Source: a virus
DNA: 64,000 bases
Reading direction: 5' to 3' (one strand)
Virus record (IMG/VR): IMGVR_UViG_3300027816_000057
Position numbers and translations under genes: made by a program. Each line of letters starts with the position of its first letter. Position 1 is the stretch's first letter. The notes under the pieces were generated by a model. That model saw nothing but the letters and a program-made list of their open reading frames with translations. It had not been told where the DNA came from and ran no database searches. Below are positions 1 to 9,932 of the stretch, one piece after another.

Positions 1-316
1 GGTTCCCCTGCCAAATAAGCCAGCTAATGCTAGCGGAACTAGTTTAAAGAGATGGGAAACCAAAGTGGAAAAGGCTCGTGAATCACGAGTTAAAATGAAT
101 CAACGAATGATGTACGAAAGCGATACTCTAAAGCAGAAGCCTAATCTTTGGCTTGCGTATAACAGTGTAAATTGGTACAACGAGAATCATTCTCGTATTA
201 ATCAAGAAGATGATTACAGTCTCAATCGTCCGTTTAGTATTGCTCTTGGTCGTATTGGCGAACTTAATATCGATGCTTATGATGCTGCGTATGACATGAT
301 GTTAGCTAACGCTTAA
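1..316 (+). CDS. C-terminal part of a DUF932/DUF945-like phage protein (starts before the window)
   Basis: Frame is open from base 2; NLWLAYNSVNWY resembles the T(L/A)WxAxNAVTxY motif of this family. Confidence 0.45.
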   Translation, partial: VPLPNKPANASGTSLKRWETKVEKARESRVKMNQRMMYESDTLKQKPNLWLAYNSVNWYNENHSRINQEDDYSLNRPFSIALGRIGELNIDAYDAAYDMMLANA

Positions 317-320
317 ACCG

Positions 321-352
321 ATAGTCTAGATAGAAATATCTAGACTATTTTT
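321..352 (+). terminator. Intrinsic terminator
   Basis: Perfect 12-bp stem ATAGTCTAGATA/TATCTAGACTAT, GAAA tetraloop, T run. Confidence 0.8.
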
Positions 353-544
353 ATGCAATATCCAACTCTAGATGAAGTAAACAATGCTTCTCATGAACAA
401 ATTTGTAGATTGTATAGATTTTTACCAACCCCAGCGTTTTATTCGCAAGAATCTTTCGATATACTAACTAGAGTTTGCGAAAGGCTTAAAGAATTTGGTG
501 GTTTTACTCCCGAAATTTCTAAGAAAATTGGATTTCAATTATGA
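353..544 (+). CDS. hypothetical protein
   Basis: ORF in gene-dense context. Confidence 0.6.
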   Translation: MQYPTLDEVNNASHEQICRLYRFLPTPAFYSQESFDILTRVCERLKEFGGFTPEISKKIGFQL

Positions 545-558
545 ATTGATAATTGCCT

Positions 559-584
559 TAAAAAATTACAATCTTAGATATAAT
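559..584 (+). promoter_or_regulatory. Class E promoter (TAAA-N14-GATATAAT), leaderless
   Basis: Recurrent motif; ATG at 589. Confidence 0.7.
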
Positions 585-588
585 ATTT

Positions 589-1206
589 ATGAGCCGCAGT
601 CTATACTATTTTGAAACTCTCGTTAAAACTAAATCATCTGCTGATTGGCTAGCGTGGGGACTTTTCCCTAATGCTAAAGAAATCACAGAATCTTTAGGCT
701 GTTTTGAGGCCGTTGCTCAAAATATTGATGAAGATTTTAATAATGACAAAGTTAATTTGGTAGTCATTGGCGACGGTAGCACCCCTAGAACCGCCGCTGT
801 ATTTGCTACTAGAACAAAGTGGAATTGTTATAGTGTTGATCCTGAAATGAGGGATCGACCTTGGGATTCTATGATCGGTCGTCTTAAAACGTTTAAATCA
901 AAGATACAGGATGTTCCTCTAGATTTAAACGGTCCTACTATCTTAGTGTTTCCTCATAGCCATGTTAAAATTAATGACGCTATTAAAAATTTGAAAGTTA
1001 ATGGTCCATTGCATATAATGGCTATGCCGTGTTGTCTGCCTTTATATCTAAAAGGCTTTCCACACCATATCGAATATAACGATAATATGATTTGGTCCGA
1101 GAAGAATCTTATTAAAATTTGGAAGAATCTCAGCTTACAAGAAATAAAGGAAAAGAAACATGAAATTAACCCAAAAAGCAAGAAAGTTTCTAAGGCAGTG
1201 GATTAA
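589..1206 (+). CDS. Class I SAM-dependent methyltransferase-like protein
   Basis: VVIGDGSTPRTA motif-I-like loop, SVDP acidic end of strand 2, AMPCC motif. Confidence 0.55.
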   Translation: MSRSLYYFETLVKTKSSADWLAWGLFPNAKEITESLGCFEAVAQNIDEDFNNDKVNLVVIGDGSTPRTAAVFATRTKWNCYSVDPEMRDRPWDSMIGRLKTFKSKIQDVPLDLNGPTILVFPHSHVKINDAIKNLKVNGPLHIMAMPCCLPLYLKGFPHHIEYNDNMIWSEKNLIKIWKNLSLQEIKEKKHEINPKSKKVSKAVD

Positions 1207-1543
1207 AGATTTAGAGAGTGGCAATTTTAGACAGGCAAGATGTAAACTTAAAGATCAAAGAAATAAAGGTTATAATTATTGTTGTATTGGTGTAGCTGAA
1301 GTTTCGGCTAAAAAATGTGATCTAGTTAATGATGTTACTCATAATGTGAGCGGTGATTTACTTTCAGTACTTGCTGAAGAACCAGACGGTTATGATATCG
1401 TAAAGCATTTTTTGAATACTAAAAATCCAGAAATATCTATCAATAATATTGATACAAATTGTATTTCAGCTAATGATAGATATCTTTGCAATTTCAAGCA
1501 AATAGCACAAGGTTTGCGGGATAAATACAATGTTCGAGGTTAA
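1160..1543 (+). CDS. Phage protein, WxxALRSG/YCCLGV family, copy 1
   Basis: WIKDLESGNFRQ..YCCIGV..ND..FKQIA; paralogs at 22180 and 22533. Confidence 0.7.
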   Translation: MKLTQKARKFLRQWIKDLESGNFRQARCKLKDQRNKGYNYCCIGVAEVSAKKCDLVNDVTHNVSGDLLSVLAEEPDGYDIVKHFLNTKNPEISINNIDTNCISANDRYLCNFKQIAQGLRDKYNVRG

Positions 1544-2549
1544 AAACTATCGTCTGCGGCTAGTAGAACCATTAGTTAATTCAGACTTTCTTGATATAGC
1601 GTGGGTTAATGATTGGCCCTGCGTCGTAAAACGATCGCAGTATAAAACTGGTGATCTTGTTACTTATATTCCCTCCGATTCTATAGTTCCGGATGAATTG
1701 CTGGAACAAATTGGTCTTAAAGGGAAATTAAGTGGTAGCCGTAAAAACCGGGTAAAAGCTGTTAGACTAAGAGGCCAGTTTAGCTGCGGTTTGATTGTAG
1801 ATGTTCCTAACGGAACAGAAGAAGGCCAAGACGTAGCCGAGATTTTAGGTATTACAAAATACGAAGAACCTATTCCTGCTCAGCTTAGAGGAGTAGCAAG
1901 AAAACATCCTCCGTATTGGTTACATTATGATATCGAAAATATTAGAATGTATAATAGCTGGTTTGAAGAAGGTGAAAGCGTTGTTATAACTGAAAAAGTT
2001 CACGGATGTAATTGCTCGTTCTCTATTCATCTTTCAGATGAAAATGAAATCGTTTTTAGTGTATCATCTAGAAATATAACCTTAGAAGAATCTGATTCGA
2101 ATACATATTGGTCTGTTGCTAGAAAATATAACATTAAAGATTTCATGATGAAATCGTTTTCGCACCTTTTAAATAAAGGAGACGCGATATATTTGTATTG
2201 CGAAATTCTTAATACTCAGGATTTAAAGTATGGAATTCCAAATGGCGAGTTTGAAATCAGGTTCTTTGATCTCCGATTTAATTATAATTGGAGGTCTTTC
2301 TATGATCTTGCTTCATTTCTTGGAAATGATTATAAAACGGTTCCTGTTCTCTACGAAGGGCCGTTCTCAAAAGAAAAAGTATTAGAATATACTAATGGCA
2401 CTGAATTGATTAGCGGGCAACAACTTCATATCCGAGAAGGCTGTGTGGTTCGTCCGGTATTAGAAAGATATTGTGGACGCAATAGAGTCATAGCTAAATC
2501 AATTAGCGAGGACTATCTAACCAGACAAAATGGTACGGAGATGCATTAA
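1530..2549 (+). CDS. ATP-dependent RNA ligase (DRB0094/Rnl5-like)
   Basis: N-terminal OB-like domain with RVKAVRLRGQFSCGL; TEKVHG motif I; REGCVVRP; AKSISEDYL. Confidence 0.9.
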   Translation: MFEVKNYRLRLVEPLVNSDFLDIAWVNDWPCVVKRSQYKTGDLVTYIPSDSIVPDELLEQIGLKGKLSGSRKNRVKAVRLRGQFSCGLIVDVPNGTEEGQDVAEILGITKYEEPIPAQLRGVARKHPPYWLHYDIENIRMYNSWFEEGESVVITEKVHGCNCSFSIHLSDENEIVFSVSSRNITLEESDSNTYWSVARKYNIKDFMMKSFSHLLNKGDAIYLYCEILNTQDLKYGIPNGEFEIRFFDLRFNYNWRSFYDLASFLGNDYKTVPVLYEGPFSKEKVLEYTNGTELISGQQLHIREGCVVRPVLERYCGRNRVIAKSISEDYLTRQNGTEMH

Positions 2550-2833
2550 TGGGATTTCTCGTAGATATAGATGATGATCTAGGAATAGAGCTTCGTAGAA
2601 CATCTGTTATAATAAGTGATCTTTTTGATGAGTTAGAGGATAATCGCACTGCTAATATTTTTGCTTTTAGTAAATATAAAGTCGAAAATATAAATTCTCA
2701 AACAGTAGAAATAGGGGCATCAACTCTACTAAAATTAGTAGAGTATTTTTCTCTTGATATAAACTTGCAAGATTTAAAAAAGCGTGCAGAAAGAGATAGA
2801 ATTGAAACAAAAAATAACTCTAAAACAAATTAA
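2549..2833 (+). CDS. hypothetical protein
   Basis: TAATG-coupled ORF. Confidence 0.55.
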   Translation: MGFLVDIDDDLGIELRRTSVIISDLFDELEDNRTANIFAFSKYKVENINSQTVEIGASTLLKLVEYFSLDINLQDLKKRAERDRIETKNNSKTN

Positions 2834-3037
2834 ATCTAATTTAGGATGGATTAAAAGAAAAGCGGAATTACACGAAATTAGATTTAAAGAAGAAGTAGAA
2901 AATTTAAACAATATTGTGAAAAATTCAGGTGCTAAGCCTATTAATTTAGATATGAATATTCGCCATATTTGTGCGTTATATAATAATTATCATGCATTAC
3001 TAGCGTCTGCTGCTATAATAGAAGGGAAAATGCTTTA

Positions 3038-3373
3038 ATGTATATTAACGAATCAAAATTAAAAAAGATTGGGGAAGTAGGAGTTGATGCAGGTTGTGTT
3101 TGGATTGGCGATCCTTGTTATGTTCTTCATAAAGACGAACCTTATCCAGCAATAGGTAAAAACTGGTCTGATTTTTGTGAAATTCTTGACAAGGATAATT
3201 TTTATAATAAAGGTTATTTATCTTTTGGTAATTTAGGTGCGTGTATCAGCACTGCATATGGAGATGGATCATACCCGATTTATATTCAATTTAATAGGGA
3301 TGGTAGACCTAGCAAAATTGTAATTGATTTTGAACCAACAGACGAAGATGAGGAAATCTATGACAGCAGATAA
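3038..3373 (+). CDS. DUF4241-like protein
   Basis: IGEVGVDAG..IGDPCY and STAYGDGSYP motifs. Confidence 0.6.
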   Translation: MYINESKLKKIGEVGVDAGCVWIGDPCYVLHKDEPYPAIGKNWSDFCEILDKDNFYNKGYLSFGNLGACISTAYGDGSYPIYIQFNRDGRPSKIVIDFEPTDEDEEIYDSR

Positions 3374-4328
3374 AAAATTAATAAGCGATTTATCGTCTAT
3401 AGTAAGTAACGTAAACAGAGTCCAAGATCATATAGATGATTTAATGAAGCAAAATACAGCACTTAGATTTCCTAAGTCTATAATTAAATTAGAACTGTAT
3501 GAGGACGTAAAATATCCAGAACGTCGCTACGATAGTTATAATAGAACATATTATGATGATTTTACAACAGTAGAATTATGCGATAATATGATAACAAAAC
3601 TTGGCGAAAATCACGCCATTATGTTAGAAAGAAAAGACAAAAACGCGGCGGCTATTAAAAATAATCTAGAAGTTCTAGATAATGCTGTTAAATTTATGAC
3701 ATCATTAGGTTTAACTACAACTTATGGCGAATATAAAGGTTCCGGTAATCGTAGAAAATATGTCAGTTTAACATCTCCTTGGTATTCCTCTATACTTCAA
3801 CAAATTCCAACTGTTGATGGTTGGTATAGCTATGAATCAGCATATAAAATTAGAATGAAAGATATGCAAGATAAAAAAGAAAATATTATAAAGCAACAAA
3901 AAGAAAAAGAAGAAAAAGAAAAACGCGAAAAAGACACAAAAGAAAAAGAATTTGAATTAGCTAAATTAAAAGTAAAATATAATTTAGATGCGGAGGCGAA
4001 TGCTGATGATTTGTTAGATTCTATTTTATCTAAAAATAAATATCTATGTCTAGCTCATTATTTAGAGCTTAATAGAGAAGATTGGAATGACGGCTATGAT
4101 TATGCTCAAATGGGTATAGATAATTTTACAATTGATTCTGATTTAGATCAAAAAATATACAATAATATAACCTCTTATTTTGATGATTTTAGCGATGGTC
4201 GCGTTTTTAGAGATTGTGAATATAACTATAGTTTCTTGTATGGAATAGTAAAAGAACAAAATCAAGAATTGTATAATGATTATAAAACAGCTTTTGAACT
4301 TTTAAATTTTTTCAATCCGAGGTATTAA
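3324..4328 (+). CDS. hypothetical protein with central coiled coil
   Basis: Long ORF with K/E-rich segment; start codon uncertain. Confidence 0.65.
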   Translation: MILNQQTKMRKSMTADKKLISDLSSIVSNVNRVQDHIDDLMKQNTALRFPKSIIKLELYEDVKYPERRYDSYNRTYYDDFTTVELCDNMITKLGENHAIMLERKDKNAAAIKNNLEVLDNAVKFMTSLGLTTTYGEYKGSGNRRKYVSLTSPWYSSILQQIPTVDGWYSYESAYKIRMKDMQDKKENIIKQQKEKEEKEKREKDTKEKEFELAKLKVKYNLDAEANADDLLDSILSKNKYLCLAHYLELNREDWNDGYDYAQMGIDNFTIDSDLDQKIYNNITSYFDDFSDGRVFRDCEYNYSFLYGIVKEQNQELYNDYKTAFELLNFFNPRY

Positions 4329-4652
4329 ATGGCAGGAAAAGGTGATACATATAGACCTGTAAACAAAAAAGTCTATAACGAAAACTACGATCATATATTT
4401 CGTAAAACTACTCTTTTAGTTACCGAAGCTAATGTGGATGCTATTTTAAAATTTTTGAAAATTAATTTTAATTATACCACAATAGTTCGTTATAACGATA
4501 AGGATCAAATAGAAGCGGGGATAGAAAGACCAGATAAATCATTAGTTGTAGGATACGGTATATCAACTAAAGAAAAAACGGGCACAAAAATTTTAATTGA
4601 ATCATGTCAAAACGCCGTAAATGAATTAGGATTAAAAGATGAGGAATCTTGA
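4329..4652 (+). CDS. hypothetical protein (N-terminal MAGKGD..RP..Y..NYD.IF phage peptide motif)
   Basis: Recognisable small phage motif with a C-terminal extension. Confidence 0.55.
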   Translation: MAGKGDTYRPVNKKVYNENYDHIFRKTTLLVTEANVDAILKFLKINFNYTTIVRYNDKDQIEAGIERPDKSLVVGYGISTKEKTGTKILIESCQNAVNELGLKDEES

Positions 4653-4958
4653 ACTTGCTGTTTTGATATTCGAAAAATATAAAATAAATCAATACCTGTC
4701 AAGATGGAACGGGATAGATTTAGTAATGAAAGACAGTAAATATTATTTTGGTTTTGATAAACAATTTCTATTACCTATTCCTTATGAAACCGCCGAAGCC
4801 TATAGCACCGGTATGCTAACCGGCGAATTAATAGGAAGAGGATATCATTCATTTGAATGGGATTATGATTTCAATAGAGAGCTATTATTTTTAGATTTAT
4901 ACTCAAAAAAAAATAGTCGGACGTAATATGACAGAATGTTTATGTAGGGCAATTATAT

Positions 4959-5216
4959 ATGATGAAAGAAAAAATAAAACAACTTAAAAACGGCAAAATT
5001 TTTGGCTGCTCTTTTGTAAAACGTTCGGACGGAACTATCCGAAAAGGATCATTTAGATTTGGTGTTCATTCTTATCTTCATGGTGGTGGTCTAAAATACG
5101 ATCCCGAATCTAATAATCTTATTTCCGTATTCGATATGAATAAACTTGGATATAGAATGATTCCGGTTGATTCTATTGTAGAGATTAATTATAAAGGACA
5201 AAAATGGAAAGATTAA
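4959..5216 (+). CDS. SH3/WYL-like beta-barrel protein (DUF2693-like)
   Basis: FVKRSDGTIR...VFDM..GYRMI pattern. Confidence 0.6.
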   Translation: MMKEKIKQLKNGKIFGCSFVKRSDGTIRKGSFRFGVHSYLHGGGLKYDPESNNLISVFDMNKLGYRMIPVDSIVEINYKGQKWKD

Positions 5217-5620
5217 TCACTAAGGGAACTATTCGATTTTCCAGAGTAACAACAAATAAAGACCCTGGTTTTTATTTTATTGTTGAAATTGATGATGAAA
5301 CAAGTGGATGTAGGCTAGCTTCTGTTTCTATTCCTCCGGATCAAATAGGACATTTTTTTGGTAATATGTTGGCGACTGCAGAAATTGAAACATATAATAA
5401 TCAACATAAACTAGGTAAAAAACTAGTTGATGAAGATATTCTAGTTGACCTATCTAAATTTAAAAAATATTCTTATCAAGAAGAGCCTAAACTAAAAACA
5501 GATATTATAAACTATCTTAAAAAAGAGTATCCTGAGTGGGAGCCTTTCGGAATTGATCCTAACAATTACAAAAAAATAGACAACGATCAATTAAGAGTTA
5601 CATTAAGAAAATGGATTTAA
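5204..5620 (+). CDS. hypothetical protein
   Basis: ORF. Confidence 0.6.
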   Translation: MERLITKGTIRFSRVTTNKDPGFYFIVEIDDETSGCRLASVSIPPDQIGHFFGNMLATAEIETYNNQHKLGKKLVDEDILVDLSKFKKYSYQEEPKLKTDIINYLKKEYPEWEPFGIDPNNYKKIDNDQLRVTLRKWI

Positions 5621-6183
5621 ATATGGAACTTCGATACTGTGAAAAGTGGACCGGTCAATATAAAGGTTTTTATTTTGAGATTTCTTGTCACGAAATAAGA
5701 GATTGTTTATCTGACGATAAAAATAAAAAAAAGAAATGCTGGTGTTATTATCTATATATAAATGAAAAACAGGTACCAGACGAGCTTAAATCTAACTTTA
5801 TATTAGTTCCTGATCTTACTAAAGATTATTCTAGATATAATTATTATGACGATATTTGTGCATTAGCAAAAATAAAATGGCACGGCGGTATAACATTCTA
5901 TAATTTAGAAAACGGATGCGTCAAAGCTGGTTGCGATTTTTCCCATATTTGGGACGACGGAGTTTTCTATAATTTAGAATATGTGACGTTTGAATGTCAA
6001 AGAACTATTGATGATCTTATAAGTAAATATCCTAATTTAAAAATTAGATGTCAGTATAACGGAAAATATTACGATCAATCAGTTATGAAACCTTATGGAG
6101 ATAGTTATATTTCCCAAGAAGGCGAAAAAGAAAAAGGCTTGCATTTGTCAAACATGATTAAAAATGATCTCAAACAGATATAA
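5611..6183 (+). CDS. hypothetical phage protein (HGGITF...GCDFSH family)
   Basis: Common phage motif WCYY..HGGITF..GxDxxH. Confidence 0.6.
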   Translation: MDLNMELRYCEKWTGQYKGFYFEISCHEIRDCLSDDKNKKKKCWCYYLYINEKQVPDELKSNFILVPDLTKDYSRYNYYDDICALAKIKWHGGITFYNLENGCVKAGCDFSHIWDDGVFYNLEYVTFECQRTIDDLISKYPNLKIRCQYNGKYYDQSVMKPYGDSYISQEGEKEKGLHLSNMIKNDLKQI

Positions 6184-6184
6184 T
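6159..6184 (+). promoter_or_regulatory. Class E promoter, leaderless
   Basis: TAAA-N14-GATATAAT, ATG at 6190. Confidence 0.7.
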
Positions 6185-6189
6185 AGCGT

Positions 6190-6579
6190 ATGCTGAAAAA
6201 CGCTGACGAATATCTGAATATCGCCATGTCTTTGATTGGTGATATTGACTGCACCAATAAGCATATCAGTTTTATTATTCAGCGAAACCGCATCCTCTCA
6301 ATTGGTACTAACAGTTCTAAGACTCACCCCTTGGCAGTTCGCAAAGGATATCCGCTAGAGCAAATGCATTCTGAGTTAACTGCGGTTATTCGAGCGGGGC
6401 GTAATGTGGAATTAAAAAAGTGTCGTCTTGTAAATGTCCGTCTTAGTTCTACATCTTTGGTAGTCGATAGACCCATTCTTAGATTGTCTAAGCCTTGTAA
6501 AATTTGTTCTTCTTGGTGTCTAGGTCTTTTTAAAGAAATTTATTACACAGACGAAAACGGATTTGTTAAGTATGAGTAG
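6190..6579 (+). CDS. Zn-dependent cytidine/deoxycytidylate deaminase-fold protein
   Basis: HSE...SKPCKIC (HxE/PCxxC). Confidence 0.8.
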   Translation: MLKNADEYLNIAMSLIGDIDCTNKHISFIIQRNRILSIGTNSSKTHPLAVRKGYPLEQMHSELTAVIRAGRNVELKKCRLVNVRLSSTSLVVDRPILRLSKPCKICSSWCLGLFKEIYYTDENGFVKYE

Positions 6580-6955
6580 AAAATCATTTACAATTATTTC
6601 GCTGTTTTTTATATTAGCTGTTAATTTAGCGGATATATATTTAACGTGGGAATTTTATCATACAGGATTAATGACTGAATTAAATCCATTAGTCTTGTCG
6701 TTTTTAAATCACTCGGTTTTAGCTACTTTTATATATAAAGTTTTTTGCACATTACCAATATGTTTTTTAATAATTCACTTGCAAAACAAAAAATATTATA
6801 AAACAGTCAACGCTATAGCTTTAAGTATTTGTTTTTTCCTCTCTTTATGGTGGGTACAATATCTTGAAAACGAAGTAAAATTTTATCTTGAAAGCGATAT
6901 AAATTATATACTAAAGCTGGAAGAGTATCGTAAACTTTATCCAGATAATTACTAG
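6563..6955 (+). CDS. DUF5658-like membrane protein
   Basis: LADIYLT..ELNPL motif, three hydrophobic helices. Confidence 0.6.
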   Translation: MLSMSRKSFTIISLFFILAVNLADIYLTWEFYHTGLMTELNPLVLSFLNHSVLATFIYKVFCTLPICFLIIHLQNKKYYKTVNAIALSICFFLSLWWVQYLENEVKFYLESDINYILKLEEYRKLYPDNY

Positions 6956-6963
6956 GAGATTTT

Positions 6964-7185
6964 ATGAAGCAGAGCGGTTTTGTCGGTAGCGGTTGTACAA
7001 TTTCAGTATTTGGTTTGCCGGTTCATAATCCCGAACCTTCTACTGATCGTGGTCGTCGTCGTCTAGCTAAGCTGAACAATCAGCAGCAGGAGAATCGGCG
7101 TAAATCTTGGAATAAAAATAGGACTAATCGCCAAAGTCGGTATCAGAAAATGATCGGAAGTCTAGGTCTAACACGAGGAGTATAA
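6964..7185 (+). CDS. small basic hypothetical protein
   Basis: AGGAG SD upstream; Arg-rich. Confidence 0.6.
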   Translation: MKQSGFVGSGCTISVFGLPVHNPEPSTDRGRRRLAKLNNQQQENRRKSWNKNRTNRQSRYQKMIGSLGLTRGV

Positions 7186-7325
7186 TATGGATCATAAACT
7201 ATACAAACAAATACGTCAGTTTATTAACGAGCTTTCCCAAGCCCGAGAAGTCGATCCTGTTTGGCTAAAAAACAAATCGCGTGAAATTATGTATTCTATT
7301 GACAGTTATGAGGAATCTTTTAAAA

Positions 7326-7892
7326 ATGAAAAATCGGATAATGACGGCGGTTTCGGCCTTAGTAATTACTAATTGTAATGCTTCTGTTTATACAGGAAAT
7401 AATCAGTATTATAATTACAATATAAATACAGGTAATCTGTTTTCTAGTGTCCAGCTAAATAATAATAAGTTTAAATTTTTAGCTAATGGATATAATATTG
7501 TTCAAAACAGTCCCGGATTTAATTTTATTCAGGATACTTCATTTATTAATCTAATTGGTAATAATTATACTTTTACTAATTTAGTAATTACAGTTAAAGG
7601 TAAAGCTAAAGTTTATAATGGAGGATATATACCGACTTTATCAACAAACTTTAATACTTTTGACTCTTATCAAAACAATACTGAAAATTTTTCTTTAGCT
7701 CGATCTCTTAATTTTAATAATTCGATAATCAGCATATCTATGGGCACTTCTCTGTTTCTTTATAATCTAGATTATCAGGTTATGTCGGTAGCTATTGAAC
7801 AAATGGAAGTCGAGGTTTACGGTAATCCTATACCGACTTATTCTACATCTTTACCTTTATTTTTAATGATAGCATCTAGACGTAAACGCTAA
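7326..7892 (+). CDS. Secreted protein with PEP-CTERM-like C-terminal sorting signal
   Basis: Signal peptide MKNRIMTAVSALVITNCNAS; C-terminus IPTYSTSLPLFLMIASRRKR (Pro motif, hydrophobic stretch, basic tail). Confidence 0.6.
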   Translation: MKNRIMTAVSALVITNCNASVYTGNNQYYNYNINTGNLFSSVQLNNNKFKFLANGYNIVQNSPGFNFIQDTSFINLIGNNYTFTNLVITVKGKAKVYNGGYIPTLSTNFNTFDSYQNNTENFSLARSLNFNNSIISISMGTSLFLYNLDYQVMSVAIEQMEVEVYGNPIPTYSTSLPLFLMIASRRKR

Positions 7893-9460
7893 AGGGTATT
7901 TAACGCACGGTTAGCTTTTAAAGCTTTTAGAGTCAAATTGTTTGGATCTGCACTGGTAATAAAAGTTGGATTTTCGCCGTATCCCGCTATAAATAAATTA
8001 AAAGCGTCTTGTGTATCCGTTGATACTGATAAAAACATATTTATACCGCTGTTATCCACGAATGGATTATTAATTCCGCTTATATCAGCGTAAGCCGCGT
8101 TAAGATAATTATTAAATCCTTGCTGTTGTTCAACATATCTATTCCAAAAATAAGATGTGTTATCGTTATTATAATCTAGCGACTGTCCGCTTCCATACAG
8201 ATAACCTCCGGTAAATAAATTGGTAGTGTATCCGCCGACCGATGGACTACCAAAAGATAATACGGTTCTATTACCACATTCTGGTGGTTTGAAAAATCCA
8301 CTTATATTTCCCGATGATGCGGTATTTATAACTATAAATCTTTTAGCCGCATTATCCCAAGAAAAATTGACTGGACCCAACAGCCAAGGACAAAGATAAG
8401 TATTAGTTTGATTAATACCAGTATTTACGGTAAAAAGACTTGTATGATTTTGTATTCCTGTATTAATTACACCAGCTACTTGATTCATATTAGTACAAGA
8501 AGTAAAATTTAATCCAGTAACATTTACAGGTATATTAGATATAGTTATTCTAAATCCACCGTTATTTATAGTATTCCAAGCAGAAACATCGCCTAAATTA
8601 ACCGATGGGCTGAAAAAATATCTAAATCCTGCTATATATGAGGCTGAATCCCATAATATCATTCCGTGCCCATATCTTCTACTTCCGCTTAAATTTATAT
8701 TAATTAATTCCCAACTCTTAATTTTTCCAATCCAAGCTGTACTAGGATGAAACCAGTAGTTAGTAAAAGTATAAATTTCTTTATCGGCTCCAAAATTACC
8801 ACTAACCAAAGCTAGACTCTCGTTTACAAAATTATAATATCGAGTAGCGTCTGAGTTACCGTAATAACTAAAAGTTGGTATCACAAAAATATCATTATAT
8901 TGATTAAGAGGTCTGTCTGTATATCCTCCGTCACCGTCATATCTTTTATTTAATCTAGTAAAAGCGTTTACCCAATTATTATAATTTGTTAAATTATTCA
9001 AATTTCCCGTAGGACCAAAATAATTTCTTATCGCACCTAAAGCCCAAAAAGAAACTTTTAAACCGGAATTAATAGCTTTAGTTCTATTATATAGAGACTC
9101 AAATTCATTTAAATAAGCATCAACAGTAAGTTCTGAATGATTAGTTATGTCAGTTTTAAAAGCAGATAATTCTAAATCATAGCATATATAATCTTGATTT
9201 CTTGATAATGCTTCATTAATAGCAAAAACAAGCTCTTCGTCAGTTATTCTACTAGCTACAATATCTCTTGATCCAACAACATTGACCGATTCATTTAATC
9301 GAAAAGAAGATATACCCGATCCAAAAAAAAGTCCCGACTGAGTTCCTTGAAACCCCTGCATATCTTCTAAAAATTTAAATTTAGTATTATCTAAATAAGT
9401 TTTTCCTAAATTGATAAAGTCCCCTGTAGGCTGAAGTAGATTATATCTTTTATAATTCAT
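7889..9460 (-). CDS. Putative virion protein: glycoside-hydrolase-like TIM barrel plus DUF3383-like segment
   Basis: YICYDLE and HGMILWD motifs shared with the 29411 ORF; NNGGFRITI..VTGLNFTSCTNMNQVAGVIN segment; class L promoter. Confidence 0.5.
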   Translation of the reverse strand: MNYKRYNLLQPTGDFINLGKTYLDNTKFKFLEDMQGFQGTQSGLFFGSGISSFRLNESVNVVGSRDIVASRITDEELVFAINEALSRNQDYICYDLELSAFKTDITNHSELTVDAYLNEFESLYNRTKAINSGLKVSFWALGAIRNYFGPTGNLNNLTNYNNWVNAFTRLNKRYDGDGGYTDRPLNQYNDIFVIPTFSYYGNSDATRYYNFVNESLALVSGNFGADKEIYTFTNYWFHPSTAWIGKIKSWELININLSGSRRYGHGMILWDSASYIAGFRYFFSPSVNLGDVSAWNTINNGGFRITISNIPVNVTGLNFTSCTNMNQVAGVINTGIQNHTSLFTVNTGINQTNTYLCPWLLGPVNFSWDNAAKRFIVINTASSGNISGFFKPPECGNRTVLSFGSPSVGGYTTNLFTGGYLYGSGQSLDYNNDNTSYFWNRYVEQQQGFNNYLNAAYADISGINNPFVDNSGINMFLSVSTDTQDAFNLFIAGYGENPTFITSADPNNLTLKALKANRALNTL

Positions 9461-9466
9461 AATTGA

Positions 9467-9474
9467 TTATACAC
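9467..9474 (-). promoter_or_regulatory. Class L promoter GTGTATAA, leaderless
   Basis: GTGTATAA-N6-ATG(9460). Confidence 0.7.
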
Positions 9475-9476
9475 CC

Positions 9477-9503
9477 TAAAAATGCATATTAAATTGATAT
9501 AAT
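9477..9503 (+). promoter_or_regulatory. Class E promoter, leaderless
   Basis: TAAA-N15-GATATAAT, ATG at 9509. Confidence 0.7.
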
Positions 9504-9508
9504 AGACT

Positions 9509-9760
9509 ATGGTATTAATGCCGGAAAGACATATCGTTTTAGCTAAATTTAAAAGAATTTGGAACGAATCTTTTGTCGGCGATATAATCGATAATGCGTT
9601 TTTAATTAATAATGTAGTTAACAAATTAGCGGATCAAACAAAAAACGAAGTAGAAATAGGTTCTTGGTGTACTTTAATTATTGAGGGTACTTTATTTACA
9701 AAAGACGAGTGTATATCTATTTTAGACGGAAAGATTAAGGAAAGGAAAAAATATGCTTGA
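9509..9760 (+). CDS. hypothetical protein
   Basis: ORF directly after promoter. Confidence 0.6.
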   Translation: MVLMPERHIVLAKFKRIWNESFVGDIIDNAFLINNVVNKLADQTKNEVEIGSWCTLIIEGTLFTKDECISILDGKIKERKKYA

Positions 9761-9932
9761 TGCTATTGATAAAGAGGCTATTCGAGAAGGTATTGCTATG
9801 ATTAAAATGTGTGGTTATCGAGGTAAAGTACCTAAGCGTAGAAGCACTATTCGTTTAAGTAAAGAGGGTTTAGCTAATGCTGTTGATAAATCAGCATTTA
9901 GAGGACTTTCAAGAAAGGTTGTTAAGAAATGA
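9753..9932 (+). CDS. small basic protein (59 aa, not in ORF track)
   Basis: MLDAIDKEAIREG...; AAGGA SD; overlaps both neighbours. Confidence 0.55.
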   Translation: MLDAIDKEAIREGIAMIKMCGYRGKVPKRRSTIRLSKEGLANAVDKSAFRGLSRKVVKK

